NCBI GenBank assembly: GCA_965219415.1
Contig: CBDCNP010000002.1
Location: forward strand, 4,640,001-4,704,000
Origin: Candidatus Marinacidobacterales bacterium
Lineage (GTDB): Bacteria > Acidobacteriota > Vicinamibacteria > Marinacidobacterales > DATDRI01
Reading direction: 5' to 3'
DNA length: 64,000 nt
The position numbers and the translations under genes were made by a program. This document shows positions 61,099 through 64,000 of the stretch, one piece after another. The first letter of the stretch is position 1, and the number at the start of each line of letters is the position of its first letter. The notes beneath the pieces are model-generated. The model was not told the DNA's origin. It was given only the letters and a program-made list of their open reading frames with translations, and ran no database searches.

Positions 61099-61143
61099 GA
61101 GCCATCGAGAAAGAAAAATGGAAAATTTGAGGCGTTCGCACAA

Positions 61144-64000
61144 TTGCAACTGACAGCAGCAGTCGAGACCTACTTCACCGAGCTTCGGCGGATGCGCGCG
61201 TCGGGTGGTGGGACCGGAGAGCGGTCGAGCTATCCGGCGCTGGCGAACCTGCTCAATACCGTCGGTGCGACTCTCAGGCCGAAGGTGTTTTGCGTTAGCG
61301 AGCTTGCGGAGCAGGGAGCGGGTCATCCCGACTTCGGCCTCTACGCGGCGAAGCAAGTGCAGAAGGGCCGGCTGCGCGAGGGACAGATACCGGCCCGCGG
61401 CGTGGTCGAGGTGAAGGGCGTCGAAGATGATGCGTGGCTGACCGCAGACGGCGAGCAGGTAAGCCGCTACTGGAGTCGCTACCAGCTGGTGCTGGTGACG
61501 AATACGCGCGACTTCGTGCTAGTGGGCATGGATGCGGCGGGCCGTCCTTCGAAGCTGGAAACGTTCCGGCTGGCTGACAGTGCCGAGGCGTTCGACCGCC
61601 GTCTTGAGAAGCCGCGGGCCTTTGCTCACGACGTGGGTGCGGGTCTGGGCGAGTACCTTAGTCGAGTACTGTCGCATCGTGCGGCGCTCGCCGAGCCGAA
61701 GGACTTGGCATGGCTGCTCGCGTCCTATGCCCGCGACGGGCTCGCGCGTGTCGAAGCCGCGGGCGATACAGCGTCGCTCAAGGCGGTCCGCTCGGCGCTC
61801 GAAGAAGCACTCGGGGTGCGCTTCGAGGGCGAAAAGGGTGCTCGCTTCTTCCACTCGACCCTGGTGCAGACGCTGTTCTATGGCGTCTTCTCCGCCTGGG
61901 TGCTGTGGGCGCGGCAGACGCCACCGCCGAGCGCCAAGTTTAACTGGCATGATGCAGTCTGGCATTTGCGTGCGCCAGTCCTTCGGGCGCTATTCCAGCA
62001 GCTCTCCGACCCCGGCCGCCTGCAACCGCTCGGCCTGGTCGAGGTGCTGGACTGGACTTCTGCCGCGCTTGACCGGGTAGACCGGTCGTCGTTCTTCACC
62101 CGCTTTAGGGAAGGCGAAGCGGTGCCTTATTTCTACGAACCGTTCCTGGAATCCTTCGACCCTCATCTGCGTAAGCAGTTAGGGGTTTGGTACACGCCGA
62201 TCGAGGTGGTGCGCTACATGGTTGCTCGCGTGGACAAGGCGCTCAAGGATGATCTCGACATTCCAGACGGGCTCGCGGCAGAGAATGTCTATGTGCTCGA
62301 CCCGTGTTGTGGAACCGGAGCCTATCTCACCGAAGTGCTGCGCCGCATCGCGGCCAATCTAGAGAGAAGGGGCCTGGGTGCGCTCACGGGCGCGCGGGTC
62401 AAACAGGCTGCAATGGAGCGTGTGTTCGGTTTCGAGATCATGCCCGCACCGTTCGTCGTCTCCCATCTACAGGTCGGGATTACCATGCAAGACCTCGACG
62501 CGCCGCTGGCGGAGGACGGAGTGGAGCGCCCTGGCGTCTTCCTCACCAATGCGCTTACCGGGTGGGAGCCGAAAACGACGAAACCACTGCCTTTCCCTGA
62601 ACTGGAGGAAGAGCGCGACCGTGCGGAGCGGGTGAAGCAAGAGACACCCATCCTCGTGATCCTTGGCAACCCGCCCTACAACGGCTTCGCCGGTATGGCC
62701 GTGGAGGAAGAACGTGAACTTTCCGAAGCCTACCGCACGACCAAGCGCGTGCGGCGGCCCGAGGGCCAAGGCTTGAACGATCTGTATGTCCGTTTCTTTC
62801 GCATGGCGGAACGGCGCATCGTCGAGAAGACGGGCCGGGGCGTCGTCTGCTTCATCTCCAACTACTCCTGGCTCGACGGGCTGTCCTTCACGGGGATGCG
62901 GGAGCGTTACCTTGAAGCGTTCGACGCGGTCCGCGTAGACAATCTGAATGGCGACAAGTACAAGACAGGCAAGGTCGCGCCCGACGGCACATCGGACCCC
63001 AGCATTTTCTCGACGCCGGGCGATCCGGTCGGTATCCAGGTCGGAACCGCCATCACGACACTTGTGCGCAAAGCCGACCATGCTCAGGCCGGGGAAGTCG
63101 GTTTTCGCCATCTGTGGGGACAAGCCAAGTGCGCAGAACTGATGGCCACGGCGGAGGAGGCACCGGATACGCTTTACGAAGGCGTCGAGCCGGTCCTGCC
63201 GCTCGGCTTGCCGTTCGTGCAGACAGAGGTGAGCGAGGGTTGGTTTGACTGGGCGGCGCTACCCGACCTGTTCCCAGCGTCGTTTCCTGGCGTCAAGACA
63301 AGCCGCGACGGATTTCTCGTCGACGTCGATCTGGACCGGCTCAAGGCGCGGATCGCCGATTACTTCAATACAGATGTGAGTCATGAAGAGATTGCACGCC
63401 GCTATCCGGGCGTGATGAAGACCACGGCGCGGTTTGATGCCCGAGCAATCCGCGATGCGCTGGTCGCGCGCGGCGGGCCGACCGAAGGCGGTTTCGTCCG
63501 TTTCACCTACCGGCCTTTCGACAATCGCTGGCTCTATTGGGAGGGGGATGGTGGCCTGCTCGATCGTCCACGTCCCGACTACCGGCCCCATGTGTTCGAG
63601 GGAAATCGGTGGCTGGTCGCGCAGCAGAAACCGCGTAGGGAATGGTCGCCTCCACAGGTGATTTCGCATATCGGTTGTCTCGATCTCATGGACAGGGGCG
63701 CGACTTGCATTCCGGTGAGGCTCCGTGAAGACGGTATAGGGAATGATGGCGATGGCGTGCGCCGCCCCAACATATCAGCAACTGTTCAGCGCTATCTCGA
63801 CCGTCTCGGCATGGGTGTGGAAGACCTGTTCCATCACGTCCTGGCCGTGCTGCACGATCCTGCATACCGCAAGGCGAACGCCGGGGCACTGCGCATGGAA
63901 TGGCCGCGCATTCCGCTACCAGGTTGGCCGGACGGTGCGGCAGAGGGCGCGGCGGAGGTGCTCGCCGCGTCAGCGGTGCAGGGTCGGGACCTCGCCCGGC
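61144..64000 (+). CDS. Type ISP/IIG-like restriction-modification enzyme (N6-adenine MTase); runs off the window
   Basis: Not in the ORF track; one frame at all positions checked, with GVWYTP, VLDPCCGTG, ILGNPPY, PGVKTSRD, YRPFD; start (TTG) uncertain. Confidence 0.85.
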   Translation, partial: MQLTAAVETYFTELRRMRASGGGTGERSSYPALANLLNTVGATLRPKVFCVSELAEQGAGHPDFGLYAAKQVQKGRLREGQIPARGVVEVKGVEDDAWLTADGEQVSRYWSRYQLVLVTNTRDFVLVGMDAAGRPSKLETFRLADSAEAFDRRLEKPRAFAHDVGAGLGEYLSRVLSHRAALAEPKDLAWLLASYARDGLARVEAAGDTASLKAVRSALEEALGVRFEGEKGARFFHSTLVQTLFYGVFSAWVLWARQTPPPSAKFNWHDAVWHLRAPVLRALFQQLSDPGRLQPLGLVEVLDWTSAALDRVDRSSFFTRFREGEAVPYFYEPFLESFDPHLRKQLGVWYTPIEVVRYMVARVDKALKDDLDIPDGLAAENVYVLDPCCGTGAYLTEVLRRIAANLERRGLGALTGARVKQAAMERVFGFEIMPAPFVVSHLQVGITMQDLDAPLAEDGVERPGVFLTNALTGWEPKTTKPLPFPELEEERDRAERVKQETPILVILGNPPYNGFAGMAVEEERELSEAYRTTKRVRRPEGQGLNDLYVRFFRMAERRIVEKTGRGVVCFISNYSWLDGLSFTGMRERYLEAFDAVRVDNLNGDKYKTGKVAPDGTSDPSIFSTPGDPVGIQVGTAITTLVRKADHAQAGEVGFRHLWGQAKCAELMATAEEAPDTLYEGVEPVLPLGLPFVQTEVSEGWFDWAALPDLFPASFPGVKTSRDGFLVDVDLDRLKARIADYFNTDVSHEEIARRYPGVMKTTARFDARAIRDALVARGGPTEGGFVRFTYRPFDNRWLYWEGDGGLLDRPRPDYRPHVFEGNRWLVAQQKPRREWSPPQVISHIGCLDLMDRGATCIPVRLREDGIGNDGDGVRRPNISATVQRYLDRLGMGVEDLFHHVLAVLHDPAYRKANAGALRMEWPRIPLPGWPDGAAEGAAEVLAASAVQGRDLAR

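Noticed and set aside
6360-61100. CRISPR array or integron attC cassette array suggested by recurring short repeats
   Set aside because: Repeats are irregularly spaced, in both orientations and traceable to IS termini; no cas or intI gene and no attC-type structure seen
1-64000. Many short overlapping or antisense ORFs in the track
   Set aside because: Shadow ORFs typical of high-GC DNA, overlapping better-supported genes

Overview
High-GC bacterial accessory region (HU type, BlaI/M56 and GT-C cargo are compatible with Acidobacteriota, but this is not established). It is saturated with nested insertion sequences, miniature derivatives and orphan IS ends (IS3, IS110, IS1111, IS1, IS256, IS21, IS5, IS481 and an rve-integrase family). 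Between them lie isolated cargo genes of two main themes: cell-surface glycosylation (GT-C, GT2, SGNH, GMC) and anti-phage defence (intact Lamassu/ABC-3C, type ISP R-M, DUF4062; fragments of BrxL, DUF499, HEPN and an MTase). The clearest signals are two IS110-family RNA-guided recombinases whose guide segments can be read from their non-coding ends, and both sit in other mobile elements. An IS1111-like element (3 copies) always inserts at TAGCAA[CA]CTT in the right inverted repeat of IS1-family elements. A 458-aa IS110 (perfect tandem dimer) carries a poly-A guide and sits in the A-tract frameshift site of an IS3 element. Family assignments come from recognising motifs by eye; no searches were run.
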